A stretch of 64,000 nt of DNA from an uncultured Bacteroidales bacterium. GTDB taxonomy: Bacteria; Bacteroidota; Bacteroidia; Bacteroidales; WCHB1-69. The position numbers were made by a program, and so were the translations under genes. The notes beneath the pieces were generated by a model. That model was not told the origin of the DNA, ran no database searches, and saw only the letters and a program-made list of their open reading frames with translations. Location of the stretch: NCBI GenBank assembly GCA_947167635.1, contig CAMVIT010000003.1:26299-90298 (forward strand). The letters run 5' to 3'. This document shows, one piece after another, positions 55,042-64,000 of this stretch (within the stretch, counting starts at the first letter, position 1; the number at the start of each line of letters is the position of its first letter).

Positions 55042-57339
55042 ATGAAAAAAATCATAGCAATATTTGTCTTTTTGTCTGTCAGCGTGACAATGTTCGCCCA
55101 GAATTGTTATTGGGTCTTCTTCACAGACAAGAACAACACAACGTTTGATCCCTATTCCTATTTCGATGCAAAGGCCATCGAACGTTATCAGTTGAACAAA
55201 TTGGATCTTTACGATATCAGCAACTATCCTGTCAATGAGCGTTATACGGATGCTGTGAATGCTTTGACGGAGGAGAATGTGGGCGTGTCGCGCTGGCTGA
55301 ATGCGCAGGCGGTCATGGCCACCGAAACCGAGATAAAAATGGTAGAGCAGCTGCCATTCGTGGACAGAGTTCAGCTTATCGCCACGGAGGCGGCATTGGC
55401 ACAGACTCCGGTTGCAACAGGGAGAGAAAATGTTGAGGCGCTTGACGCCACGATGAAGCAGGTTGCCTTGATGCAGGGCGAGAAATTCCAAGCCCGCAAC
55501 ATCAACGGCAAAGGCGTGCGCATCGCTGTCTTTGACGGCGGCTTCCCCGATGTGGACACACATCCCGCCTTCAAGCATCTGCGCGACAACCACCAGATTG
55601 TGAAGACGTGGAACTTCGCCAACAAGAAGGAGCATGTGTATGGTTATAATTCCCACGGCCGTATGGTGCTGAGCTGCATCGCTGGCATTATGAACGACAC
55701 CACGATGTTAGGCTTGGCTCCGGGCGCGGAGTTCCTGCTGGCCCGCACCGAAGTGGAGGCCGAGAAGCTGAAGGAAGAGGTCTGGTGGGTGCAGGCCCTG
55801 GAGTGGGCCGACCAGAACGGTGCCCACATCGTGAGCAGCTCGCTCGGCTATGGCATCGACCTGCACAGCCTCAAGGATATGGACGGCAAGACCTCCGTGG
55901 TGGCCAAGGGCGCCAGCATGGCTGCCGCCAAGGGCATCCTCGTCTGCACCGCCATGGGCAACGAGGGCAGCGACGGCGATTGGAAGATGATGGTCACGCC
56001 GGCAGATGTGGATGGCGTGCTCTCTGTGGGTGCGGTGAGCTCCTTGGAGACGATGGAGTCCTACAGCTCGTTCGGTCCCACCGCCGACGGCCGTCGCAAA
56101 CCCAATGTGGTGGCTTGCGGCAACGATATGGTGGCCTCCGGCAAGGGCAACTTCACCTACGCGCAGGGCACCTCCTTCGCTACCCCGATGACGTCGGGCT
56201 TCGCCGCCTGCGTGAAGCAGATGCACCCCGAGTGGACCGCCACGCAGCTGCTGGAGGAGATCGAGAAGTCGGCCAACCATTACCCCTACTACGACTATGC
56301 TTTCGGTTACGGCGTGCCACAGGCTGGCTACTTCACCGACGGCCCCAAGGCGGCCAAGCACTCCTTCGACCTGATGGAGGACGAGAAATATCTCTACATT
56401 GTGCCCGTGAACCCTTACGAGAATCTGAAGGTCTTCTACAATTACCAGAACGGAGACGGTAGCATAAACGATTATTTTGTCAAGAAGTTCCTCACGGATA
56501 AGATTGTCACCTCCAAATCATCGTTCCGAATCAACAAAAGCGATTTGGAGAATGGCCAGACGGTAAACATCTGGTATAACGACCAGTATGCTAAATATGT
56601 GGTGGGCAAGGACAAGGTTGCGGCTGCCGATTCCGTTGTGATGGCCAACGTGCCGGATGTGAAGTACGACTTCGGCTGCGGCTCTTCAAACAAGAAACCC
56701 TCCAACACCATTTACACCCATAAGAAAAAGAAATATTCCGGCAACTTGGTGCTCAACGCCTCTTTTATGGTTCCCTCTATGTGGACACCTACGGGCAACA
56801 TCCACCAGGCACAAAGGGTGTCGCGCTCGTTCTCGTTCAGCTATGTCAACAACTGGCAGCTGGCCAAGGTGTATGGGTTGGGATTCAGAATCGGGTTCGG
56901 CTCCTCCTGGTATGCGTTGCAGGACTACACCGACCCCAAGTACGGAACCCCGGCTTTACCGCTGGGTCCCGATCCCAATTCGGATATGGATGTGTACATC
57001 AAAAAGCACAACCTCAAGACTTCGCAGTTCGATTTGGAACTCTTCCAACGTTTCACACTTGCCAGACTCTCCACCACCAGCCTCTATTTGGAAACGGGTG
57101 TGTTCGGCGACTGGATCACGGGCAGCCGTCTGAAGACCAAGACTGAGATAGACAATCGGAGAAACAGCTTCGTGGAGCGGCATTATTTCCGCGAAGGCTT
57201 GAACAAGCTGGATTGCGGTGTGCGTGTGCGCATCGGTTTCACCAAGTACTGTGCTCTTTACGGTCAGTATCGTATCACCCCGATTCTCAAAAACGGCGTG
57301 GACCTGCCCAAGTGGGAGGTCGGTATCCAAATTTTCTAA
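55042..57339 (+). CDS. S8 (subtilisin-family) serine peptidase with C-terminal outer-membrane beta-barrel-like domain
   Basis: 765 aa with a signal peptide. Catalytic triad contexts 'VAVFDGGF' (Asp), 'HGRMVLS' (His), 'GTSFATPMTSG' (Ser). The last ~200 aa show alternating amphipathic strands and end in '...WEVGIQIF'. Confidence 0.88.
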   Translation: MKKIIAIFVFLSVSVTMFAQNCYWVFFTDKNNTTFDPYSYFDAKAIERYQLNKLDLYDISNYPVNERYTDAVNALTEENVGVSRWLNAQAVMATETEIKMVEQLPFVDRVQLIATEAALAQTPVATGRENVEALDATMKQVALMQGEKFQARNINGKGVRIAVFDGGFPDVDTHPAFKHLRDNHQIVKTWNFANKKEHVYGYNSHGRMVLSCIAGIMNDTTMLGLAPGAEFLLARTEVEAEKLKEEVWWVQALEWADQNGAHIVSSSLGYGIDLHSLKDMDGKTSVVAKGASMAAAKGILVCTAMGNEGSDGDWKMMVTPADVDGVLSVGAVSSLETMESYSSFGPTADGRRKPNVVACGNDMVASGKGNFTYAQGTSFATPMTSGFAACVKQMHPEWTATQLLEEIEKSANHYPYYDYAFGYGVPQAGYFTDGPKAAKHSFDLMEDEKYLYIVPVNPYENLKVFYNYQNGDGSINDYFVKKFLTDKIVTSKSSFRINKSDLENGQTVNIWYNDQYAKYVVGKDKVAAADSVVMANVPDVKYDFGCGSSNKKPSNTIYTHKKKKYSGNLVLNASFMVPSMWTPTGNIHQAQRVSRSFSFSYVNNWQLAKVYGLGFRIGFGSSWYALQDYTDPKYGTPALPLGPDPNSDMDVYIKKHNLKTSQFDLELFQRFTLARLSTTSLYLETGVFGDWITGSRLKTKTEIDNRRNSFVERHYFREGLNKLDCGVRVRIGFTKYCALYGQYRITPILKNGVDLPKWEVGIQIF

Positions 57340-57357
57340 TGGAAAAGGAGGAATACT

Positions 57358-57807
57358 ATGAAAAAAATATTGATAATTTGCCTGTTTCTTTGTTCTGCGT
57401 GGGGCATTGCCATGGCACAGTCCTCCAAAGTTGTCAAGGTTGTTCGAGCAGAGACCTTCACACTGAAAAACACGAACAACGAATTTGACTTGCGTGCAGT
57501 GGGAAAGGTGGTTGTTCGGGAGTGCGAAGGAGATGTGATTCGTTGTGAGGTCCGCATTACAGGATATGGCGAAAGCAAGGCGCAGGCCACGGAAAGGACG
57601 CAGAATATAGTGGCCACTTCGATTGCGGGTTATCCAAACAGCACCCCGTGTGTGGTGGTGGAGATGCAGAGAGGTCTCTATTCCCCAAAAAAATGCGAGG
57701 TCGTCACCACCGTCTATGTGCCTGCTACAGTCACTTGCCAAGTCAATGACAATTCCAACATGCTGGACCTTCTGAAACGTGCTGCAGAAAAAATGTTTTC
57801 ACGATAA
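57358..57807 (+). CDS. secreted protein, unknown function
   Basis: 149 aa. Signal peptide MKKILIICLFLCSAWGIAMAQ. Followed by a rho-independent terminator. Confidence 0.6.
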   Translation: MKKILIICLFLCSAWGIAMAQSSKVVKVVRAETFTLKNTNNEFDLRAVGKVVVRECEGDVIRCEVRITGYGESKAQATERTQNIVATSIAGYPNSTPCVVVEMQRGLYSPKKCEVVTTVYVPATVTCQVNDNSNMLDLLKRAAEKMFSR

Positions 57808-57833
57808 TATTGACTATTGAAAATTCGTTACCA

Positions 57834-57869
57834 AGGGGCGGTTGTCTTCTTGCGATTCGCCCCTTTTTT
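57834..57869 (+). terminator. rho-independent terminator after 57358..57807
   Basis: AGGGGCG-(17-nt loop)-CGCCCCT followed by T6. Lies only 12 nt upstream of the MacB-type ATPase start. Confidence 0.7.
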
Positions 57870-57880
57870 CTTCAAACGAC

Positions 57881-58600
57881 ATGCTGATAGAACTGAAAAA
57901 CATCCACAAAACATACGACAACGGGCAGCCGTTGCATGTGCTGAAGGGTATCGACCTCAGCATTGACAATGGTGAGTTTGTCTCAATCATGGGCTCTTCC
58001 GGGTCGGGGAAGTCCACGTTGCTCAACATTTTGGGCATTCTCGACAACTATGATGAGGGTGAGTACCATCTTGACGGTCACCTCATCAAGGGACTGAAGG
58101 AGCGCGAGGCGGCGGACTACCGCAACCGCACCATTGGGTTTGTCTTTCAGTCTTTTAACCTGATACCCTTCAAGACAGCGGTGGAGAACGTGGAGTTGCC
58201 CCTGTTCTATCAGGGTGTGTCGCGCACAAAGCGTCGCGAGGCGGCTATGCAGCTGCTCGACAAGCTCGGGCTGGCCAACTGGGCGAAACATTATCCCAAC
58301 GAGATGTCGGGTGGCCAGAAGCAGCGTGTCGCCATCGCGCGGGCACTCATCACCCACCCGCGCATCATCCTTGCCGACGAGCCCACCGGCGCCCTCGACT
58401 CCAAGACCTCCGTTGAGGTGATGGACCTCCTCGGCCAGCTCAACCGCGAAGAGCAAGTCACCATCATCGTGGTCACCCACGAGAGCGGCGTGGCCAACTG
58501 CGCCAACAAGATCGTCCACATCAAGGACGGCCTCATCGGCGAAATCGAACTCAACAGCCAACACCACGCCTCAACATTCGATAAAAACAACATCAAATAA
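57881..58600 (+). CDS. MacB/LolD-type ABC transporter ATP-binding protein
   Basis: The ORF track entry starts at 57842. I use ATG 57881 (MLIELKNIHKTY). 'GSSGSGKST', 'MSGGQKQRVAIARAL', 'ILADEPTGALD'. Confidence 0.92.
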   Translation: MLIELKNIHKTYDNGQPLHVLKGIDLSIDNGEFVSIMGSSGSGKSTLLNILGILDNYDEGEYHLDGHLIKGLKEREAADYRNRTIGFVFQSFNLIPFKTAVENVELPLFYQGVSRTKRREAAMQLLDKLGLANWAKHYPNEMSGGQKQRVAIARALITHPRIILADEPTGALDSKTSVEVMDLLGQLNREEQVTIIVVTHESGVANCANKIVHIKDGLIGEIELNSQHHASTFDKNNIK

Positions 58601-58627
58601 CGCACTATTCGACAACAAGTACTCCCT

Positions 58628-59902
58628 ATGCACGATCTTTTCACTGAAATATGGTCTTCCGTACGCCGTAATAAGCTGCGCACCATCCTGACGGGATTGG
58701 CCGTGTCGTGGGGTATTTTCATCATTATCCTGTTGTTGGGGGCGGGCAACGGCCTGATGAACGCCTTTATGAAGCAATCGCACGATTTCGCCACCAACAC
58801 TATGGAACTGTACGGCGGCATGACGACCAAACCCTACGACGGGTTGCAACAGGGCCGCTGGGTGCCGCTGACCGAGCAGGATGTCAAAATCCTTCAGGGC
58901 CCGCTCTTCTCTGATCATATCGACGAGGTCTCCGCTTCCGTTGCCGATGGCAACAATAAATTGATAGAAGGCACACGAACTTACACAGTGACATTGTATG
59001 GTGTTTATCCTGCCAACAAGGATATGAATGGGGAGAAGATTTTGGCGGGACGCTACATCAACGAGAACGACCTCAACGAACGTCGCAAGGTGGCCGTCAT
59101 CTCTGATGTGCAGGCCGAGGACTTGATGGGCGGGCGCGACAACTATAAAGCCATATTGGGACGGGCCATCACCGTGGATGACCAAGTGTTCACGGTGGTG
59201 GGCGTGCGCCGCAGCGACCGGCAGTGGCGTGACACGCGCATCCATGTGCCCTTTTCAACCTACAAACTGATATTCGCCTACGATGACCTCGTGAACAAGA
59301 TCACGTTTACCTTCCACGGCCTTCGCACCCAGAAGGAGAACGAAGCCTTTGAAAAGCGTGTGCGGGCGGTCTTGAACCGGGCGCACCGTGCCGCCCCCGA
59401 TGACGAGGGAGCGCTCTATGTCTGGAACCGCTTCACGCAGAATATGCAGATGAACCGGGGCACCGACATTCTGACCAAAGCGCTTTGGGTGGTGGGCATC
59501 TTCACGCTCTTGGGCGGCATTGTCGGCGTTTCCAACATTATGCTCATCACCGTCAAGGAGCGCACCCACGAGTTCGGCATCCGCAAGGCCATCGGGGCCA
59601 AGCCCAAGGACATCACCAAGCTGATCTTGGCAGAAAGTATCACCATAACGGCGCTGTTCGGCATTTTCGGCATGTTGCTCGGCCTGGGGGCCTGCGAGGT
59701 GATGAACGCCACCATCGGCAGCACCTCCATGGACATCTTCGGCGAGTCCATCAAGCTGCTTGACAACCCCCGCGTGGGATGGGGCGTGGCCATAGAAGCC
59801 ACTATTGTCCTGATCGTCGCCGGTACCATCGCGGGCCTCTCACCTGCTATGAAGGCCGCCAAAGTCAGACCTATTGAAGCATTGCGGGAGGGCAAGGGAT
59901 GA
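58628..59902 (+). CDS. ABC transporter permease, FtsX/MacB type (1)
   Basis: 424 aa. N-terminal TM, periplasmic MacB_PCD-like domain, and a C-terminal FtsX 4-TM bundle ('VGVSNIMLITVKERTHEFGIRKAIGA'). Confidence 0.88.
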   Translation: MHDLFTEIWSSVRRNKLRTILTGLAVSWGIFIIILLLGAGNGLMNAFMKQSHDFATNTMELYGGMTTKPYDGLQQGRWVPLTEQDVKILQGPLFSDHIDEVSASVADGNNKLIEGTRTYTVTLYGVYPANKDMNGEKILAGRYINENDLNERRKVAVISDVQAEDLMGGRDNYKAILGRAITVDDQVFTVVGVRRSDRQWRDTRIHVPFSTYKLIFAYDDLVNKITFTFHGLRTQKENEAFEKRVRAVLNRAHRAAPDDEGALYVWNRFTQNMQMNRGTDILTKALWVVGIFTLLGGIVGVSNIMLITVKERTHEFGIRKAIGAKPKDITKLILAESITITALFGIFGMLLGLGACEVMNATIGSTSMDIFGESIKLLDNPRVGWGVAIEATIVLIVAGTIAGLSPAMKAAKVRPIEALREGKG

Positions 59903-61137
59903 GACTGGATATTGACTTTTTCCAAGAGATTACTGATTCGCTGACGCGCAACAAGCGGCGCAGTCTCCTCACGGGCTTCGGCATCTTCTGGGGCCTCTTT
60001 ATGCTGCTCTTCCTGGTGGGCGGCGGCAAAGGCGTGAAGGGGATGCTGGAACAGAACTTCGAGGGCTTCGCCACCAATTCCATGATTGTCTATGCCGACC
60101 GCACAACCAAGCCCTACAAGGGTTTCCAGGAGGGTCGCGACATTGTGTTGACGACCAAGGACGTGCAGCGGCTCAAGTCGATGATACCGGAGTTGGCAAC
60201 GGTCACGCCGGAAGTGTCCAGGTGGGGCCAGACCGCCACGGTCGGTTCCCGAACGGCGAACTGTCAGGTTAGCGGGCGTGAAGCCGTGTATGCGCAGATA
60301 CAAACCCCCGACATACGGTATGGCCGTTACATCACCGAAGAGGATGTGCGGCAGGAACGCAAAGTCTGCGTCATCGGCAAGCGCATCTATCAGCAACTCT
60401 TCCCCGGCGGAGGCAATCCCTGCGGGCAATTCATCCAGATCGGTGACATCTTCTTCCAGATTGTGGGGGTGGACTACTGCGTTTCCAACGTCAACATCAC
60501 GGGCAATGCGCAAGACAACATTTGCGTGCCCATCACGGTGTCCCAGCGGCTCTACAATTTCGGAGAGGAGGTTGAATTGATATATATGGTCGGAAAAGAG
60601 GGGGTTAAGATGGTTGCTTTGGAAAAGCGCCTTCGCAGTATTCTGGCACGCGAGCATCTCTTCGACCCCACCGACGACGATGCTCTGGAAATCTTCAACA
60701 GCGAGCAGATTTTCAACATCGTGGATACCCTGTTCCGCGGACTGAACTTCTTCATTTGGCTCATCGGCATCGGCACGTTGCTGGCCGGCTCCATTGGGGT
60801 GAGCAACATTATGATGGTCACCGTGCGCGAGCGCACCACGGAGATTGGCATCCGACGGGCCATCGGTGCCACACCTCGCGACATCCTCGTTCAAATTATG
60901 ATGGAGAGCAGCGCCTTGACGCTGACCGCCGGCACTTTTGGCATTGTCTTTTCCGTCTTTGTGCTGAACATCTTTGAAAAGATCAATATGCAGGATATGC
61001 ACCCCTCGTTTCAGATCAGTTTCACCACCGCCATTCTTGCAGAACTGCTCTTGCTGCTGCTCGGCGTGCTCGCCGGACTGCCGCCGGCCCTGCGCGCCAT
61101 GCGTATCAAGCCCGTGGATGCCATGAGGGATGAGTGA
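59899..61137 (+). CDS. ABC transporter permease, FtsX/MacB type (2)
   Basis: 412 aa. ATGA overlap with the upstream stop. 'IGVSNIMMVTVRERTTEIGIRRAIGA'. Confidence 0.88.
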   Translation: MRLDIDFFQEITDSLTRNKRRSLLTGFGIFWGLFMLLFLVGGGKGVKGMLEQNFEGFATNSMIVYADRTTKPYKGFQEGRDIVLTTKDVQRLKSMIPELATVTPEVSRWGQTATVGSRTANCQVSGREAVYAQIQTPDIRYGRYITEEDVRQERKVCVIGKRIYQQLFPGGGNPCGQFIQIGDIFFQIVGVDYCVSNVNITGNAQDNICVPITVSQRLYNFGEEVELIYMVGKEGVKMVALEKRLRSILAREHLFDPTDDDALEIFNSEQIFNIVDTLFRGLNFFIWLIGIGTLLAGSIGVSNIMMVTVRERTTEIGIRRAIGATPRDILVQIMMESSALTLTAGTFGIVFSVFVLNIFEKINMQDMHPSFQISFTTAILAELLLLLLGVLAGLPPALRAMRIKPVDAMRDE

Positions 61138-61236
61138 GTTGCTAAAATACTAAAATATTAAATTGTCAATTTGTAATCGGATTCAGAAGAGAAGAGGTTA
61201 AGAGTCTGGAAGTGAATGAAATAAAACATCTATATT

Positions 61237-62331
61237 ATGAAAAAGATTTTGAAATACATCGTTTTCGCCTTGATTGCCATTGTTTTTATCGGCACGTTCA
61301 TGTTTCTTTTCAAAAAGTCGAAGCCTGAAAAGGAGATGTTCGAGGAAATCGAGGTGGTAACCCGGACCATTGAGCGCACGTCGTTGATTACGGGCAAAAT
61401 CGGGCCGCGAGACGAAGTGGCCGTCAAGCCGCAGATCAACGGTATCATCTCCGAACTCTACAAGGAGGCGGGACAGGAGGTGAAGGCGAATGACGTCATC
61501 GCGAAGCTGAAAGTCATCCCCGACATGGGGCAGCTCAGCGCGGCGCAGAGCCGTCTGCGCCTGGCCGAGATCAACCTCAAGCAGGTCAAGACCAACTACG
61601 AGCGCGAGAAGGGGCTGCACGACCAGCATCTCATCAGCGACGAAGAGTACGAGAATGCGTTGCAGCTTTACAACCAGGCGCGTGAGGAGCGCAGTGCCGC
61701 CCAAGAGGCATTGGAAGTGGTGCGCGACGGTGTTTCCTCCTCCAACTCCAAATCCTCTTCCACGCTGGTTCGCGCCACCATCTCCGGTCTTATCCTCGAC
61801 GTGCCCGTCAAGGTGGGCAACTCCGTCATCCAGGCCAACACCTTCAACGACGGCACCACCGTGGCCACCATCGCCAACATGAACGACCTCATCTTCACGG
61901 GCAAGGTGGACGAAACCTCCGTGGGAAGCCTGAAAGAGGGCATGCCTGTGACCATCACCATCGGGGCGTTGCAGGACTACACCTTTGACGCCACCCTCGA
62001 ATATGTCGCGCCCAAAGCCGTGGAAAGCAACGGCGCCAACCAGTTCGAGATTCGTGCGGCAGTGAAGGCCTCCGACGACAAGACCATCCGCTCCGGCTAC
62101 AGCGCGAACGCCCGCATTGTGCTGCAACGCGTCGAGGATGTGCTTTCTGTCCCCGAAAGCGCCTTGGAGTACGAGGGCGACGACACCTTCGTCTATGTTA
62201 AAAGCGGCGAGAATGGCAACTATGAACGCCGCAAGGTGACCACCGGCCTCAGCGACGGCCTCAACATTGAAATCAAAGAGGGCCTCAAAAAAGGCGAGAA
62301 GGTGAGAGGAAACAAGATTATGAACTATTAA
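61237..62331 (+). CDS. efflux periplasmic adaptor subunit (HlyD/MacA-type membrane fusion protein)
   Basis: 364 aa. N-terminal TM, lipoyl-like and coiled-coil hairpin ('AAQSRLRLAEINLKQVKTNYEREKGL'), and a beta-barrel domain. Confidence 0.88.
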   Translation: MKKILKYIVFALIAIVFIGTFMFLFKKSKPEKEMFEEIEVVTRTIERTSLITGKIGPRDEVAVKPQINGIISELYKEAGQEVKANDVIAKLKVIPDMGQLSAAQSRLRLAEINLKQVKTNYEREKGLHDQHLISDEEYENALQLYNQAREERSAAQEALEVVRDGVSSSNSKSSSTLVRATISGLILDVPVKVGNSVIQANTFNDGTTVATIANMNDLIFTGKVDETSVGSLKEGMPVTITIGALQDYTFDATLEYVAPKAVESNGANQFEIRAAVKASDDKTIRSGYSANARIVLQRVEDVLSVPESALEYEGDDTFVYVKSGENGNYERRKVTTGLSDGLNIEIKEGLKKGEKVRGNKIMNY

Positions 62332-62463
62332 ATTATTAAATCATTAAATTATGAAAATATGATTTGCGGTAGTTCATCACAATCCCATAATTTAATATCT
62401 TAAAATCTTAATATCTAATAATTTAATAGTTTAATAACTTAATAACTTAATAATAAAAAGGTT

Positions 62464-63765
62464 ATGCGCAAGATAATACTGTCCCTGATGATATTTCTCC
62501 CTCTTTTTGCTATGGCTCAGGAGGGGGCGTGGACGCTGGACCGGTGCATACAATATGCTTTGGACCACAATCTTAGTGTAAAACAGGGTGACCTGAATGT
62601 GCAGCAGCAGCGGGTGAACTTGAGTACGGCGCGCAATGCCGTATGGCCGGCTGTCAGCGCGAGTGCCACACAGAGCATGTCGTTTGGGCGCGGCATCTCC
62701 GAAGACAACACGTATGTGAGTTCCAACACGGCGAACACCTCGTTTGGGTTGGGTGCCAGTGTCGATTTGTTCACGGGTTTGCGGACGAAGAGCCGCATTG
62801 ACATGGGTAAACTTAATCTGGAGGCGGCCACTGCCGACTTGGAGCGGGCACGTCACGATGTGCGCGTCGCGGTGACGCAGGCCTATGTGCAGGTGCTCTA
62901 CAACATACGCATCCACGAAGTGGCCTTGTCGCAAATTGCGATCGACTCGGTGCAGGTGGCGCGCATGGAGGCCTTGGCACAGGCAGGGCGGGCGAGTTCT
63001 GCCGAGGTTTATGCCCAGCGTTCCGCGCTGGCCCAGAGCCGCCTGACCTGCACGCAAGCCGCCAACAACCTGAAGCTTTCCCTGTTGGAGCTGAGCCAGC
63101 TGCTGGAGCTGCCCTCTCCCGAGGGCTTTTCCGTGGTGATGCCGGAGACTTCTTCCATAGAGGGTGCCGCCATCCCTGCCGCCGAGTCGGTCTATGCCGA
63201 CGCATTGCGCACCATGCCCTCGGTGCAGGCGGAGTCACTGCGGGTGGCTGTGGCCCAAAAGAACATCACCTTGGCCCAGAGCGGCTGGTATCCTTCCCTT
63301 TCGTTGAGCGGCGGCCTCTCCACCGACTACTATGCCCTTCTGGGGCACACAGGCCGTGGCTTTGGCGAGCAACTTAAGAACAACTTCAGCCCATATTTGG
63401 GCATCTCCCTCAATGTGCCCATCTTCGACCGGCTGGCCACGCGTGACAACGTGCGCAGCGCCCGACTGCAGCAGAGTGCGCAGGAATTGCAGCTTGAGAC
63501 TGTTAAGAAGACGCTCTATAAGGAGGTTCAACAAGCCTACTACGGTGCCGTGGCCGCGCGTGACAAATATGTGAGCAGCCGTGCCGCCGAGGAGAGTGCC
63601 CGCGAAGCTTTCAACGTGGTTACCGCCCGGTATGAGAACGGCAAGGCCAACATCACGGAGTTTAACGAGGCCAAACAGAACTATATGCAGGCCTCTTCCA
63701 ACTGTGCGCAAGCACAGTACGAGTTTCTTTTTTATTTGAAGTTGATAGAACTGTTTAGAGGATAA
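62464..63765 (+). CDS. TolC-family outer membrane efflux protein
   Basis: 433 aa with a signal peptide. Duplicated OEP repeats ('LDRCIQYALDHNLSVKQ...', 'ALAQSRL..') and a C-terminal 'QYEFLFYLKLIELF'. Confidence 0.88.
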   Translation: MRKIILSLMIFLPLFAMAQEGAWTLDRCIQYALDHNLSVKQGDLNVQQQRVNLSTARNAVWPAVSASATQSMSFGRGISEDNTYVSSNTANTSFGLGASVDLFTGLRTKSRIDMGKLNLEAATADLERARHDVRVAVTQAYVQVLYNIRIHEVALSQIAIDSVQVARMEALAQAGRASSAEVYAQRSALAQSRLTCTQAANNLKLSLLELSQLLELPSPEGFSVVMPETSSIEGAAIPAAESVYADALRTMPSVQAESLRVAVAQKNITLAQSGWYPSLSLSGGLSTDYYALLGHTGRGFGEQLKNNFSPYLGISLNVPIFDRLATRDNVRSARLQQSAQELQLETVKKTLYKEVQQAYYGAVAARDKYVSSRAAEESAREAFNVVTARYENGKANITEFNEAKQNYMQASSNCAQAQYEFLFYLKLIELFRG

Positions 63766-63785
63766 TGTTCAATTACTAATTTTTT

Positions 63786-63793
63786 TATTTTTG
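63786..63793 (+). promoter_or_regulatory. -7 box TATTTTTG upstream of the flotillin-like gene
   Basis: 28 nt before ATG 63822. Confidence 0.55.
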
Positions 63794-63821
63794 CATTCGT
63801 TAATTTAAAACCCCAAATATC

Positions 63822-64000
63822 ATGTCAGCCAATATGTTTTTCCTGATTTTAGCTTTAGTCGTCGTATTCGTTGTATTCCTTGCAATATGCTATGTCAAGG
63901 CACCGCCAAAAGATGCGTTCATTATTTCCGGCTTGTCGCGCCAACCGCGAATCCTCATCGGCAAGGGCGGTTTCCGAATACCGGGTCTGGAACGTGTGGA
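63822..64000 (+). CDS. SPFH/flotillin-like protein, N-terminal fragment (continues beyond window)
   Basis: Not in the ORF track because it runs off the right edge. ATG 63822 lies 29 nt after a TATTTTTG box. 'MSANMFFLILALVVVFVVFLAICYVKAPPKDAFIISGLSRQPRILIGKGGFRIPGLERV' resembles flotillin/YqiK N-termini. Confidence 0.55.
   Translation, partial: MSANMFFLILALVVVFVVFLAICYVKAPPKDAFIISGLSRQPRILIGKGGFRIPGLERV

Noticed and set aside
62332-62463. AT-only, TTAAT/TTAAAT-rich low-complexity spacers after the stop codons of the adaptor gene (62332-62463), the second permease (61138-61236) and metG (28367-28398). Two of them share ATTAAATTATG.
   Set aside because: Short matches in AT-only sequence are weak evidence. 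No hairpin, ORF or promoter box could be defined. I note it only as a composition oddity in a ~55% GC region.

Overview
This 64-kb chromosomal window reads as Bacteroidota, probably a Bacteroidales / Prevotella-like genome. The evidence is T9SS C-terminal sorting domains, many lipoprotein signal peptides, and the Bacteroides-type -7 promoter box TAnnTTTG (often extended to TATTTTTGCRGC) in front of most transcription units. I call 50 protein genes and one tRNA-Phe. Most are housekeeping genes: msrA, miaB, mutS2, a comF-like gene, manA, serS, rsmA, gapA, metG, rsmE, ABC-F, ridA, guaB and sppA. Between them lie surface and secretion cargo genes: an 872-aa beta-helix T9SS protein; a 1934-aa giant adhesin with a type-B CTD and 5 x 156-bp tandem repeats; a low-GC 561-aa T9SS protein; tandem InlB-B-repeat lipoproteins; and an S8 subtilase fused to a C-terminal beta-barrel. 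There is also a MacB-type ABC / adaptor / TolC efflux operon. The most unusual locus is 43.45-45.32 kb. A 152-aa HUH/Y1 transposase gene (IS200-like, RAYT-like) with its own promoter sits inside a hairpin-rich repeat array. The array has nested periodicity: ~80-bp subunits build a 387-bp higher-order unit, present in ~3.3 copies, and ~266 bp is duplicated almost perfectly. It carries a ~29-nt REP-like core in both orientations. A related inverted REP-like pair lies 5 kb away at 38.87-39.13 kb. I saw no CRISPR array, rRNA, prophage, integrase or recognisable defence operon. All functional calls come from recognising motifs by eye, with no database or HMM search. Start codons are best guesses, and any GC figures are hand counts on a few 60-nt lines.
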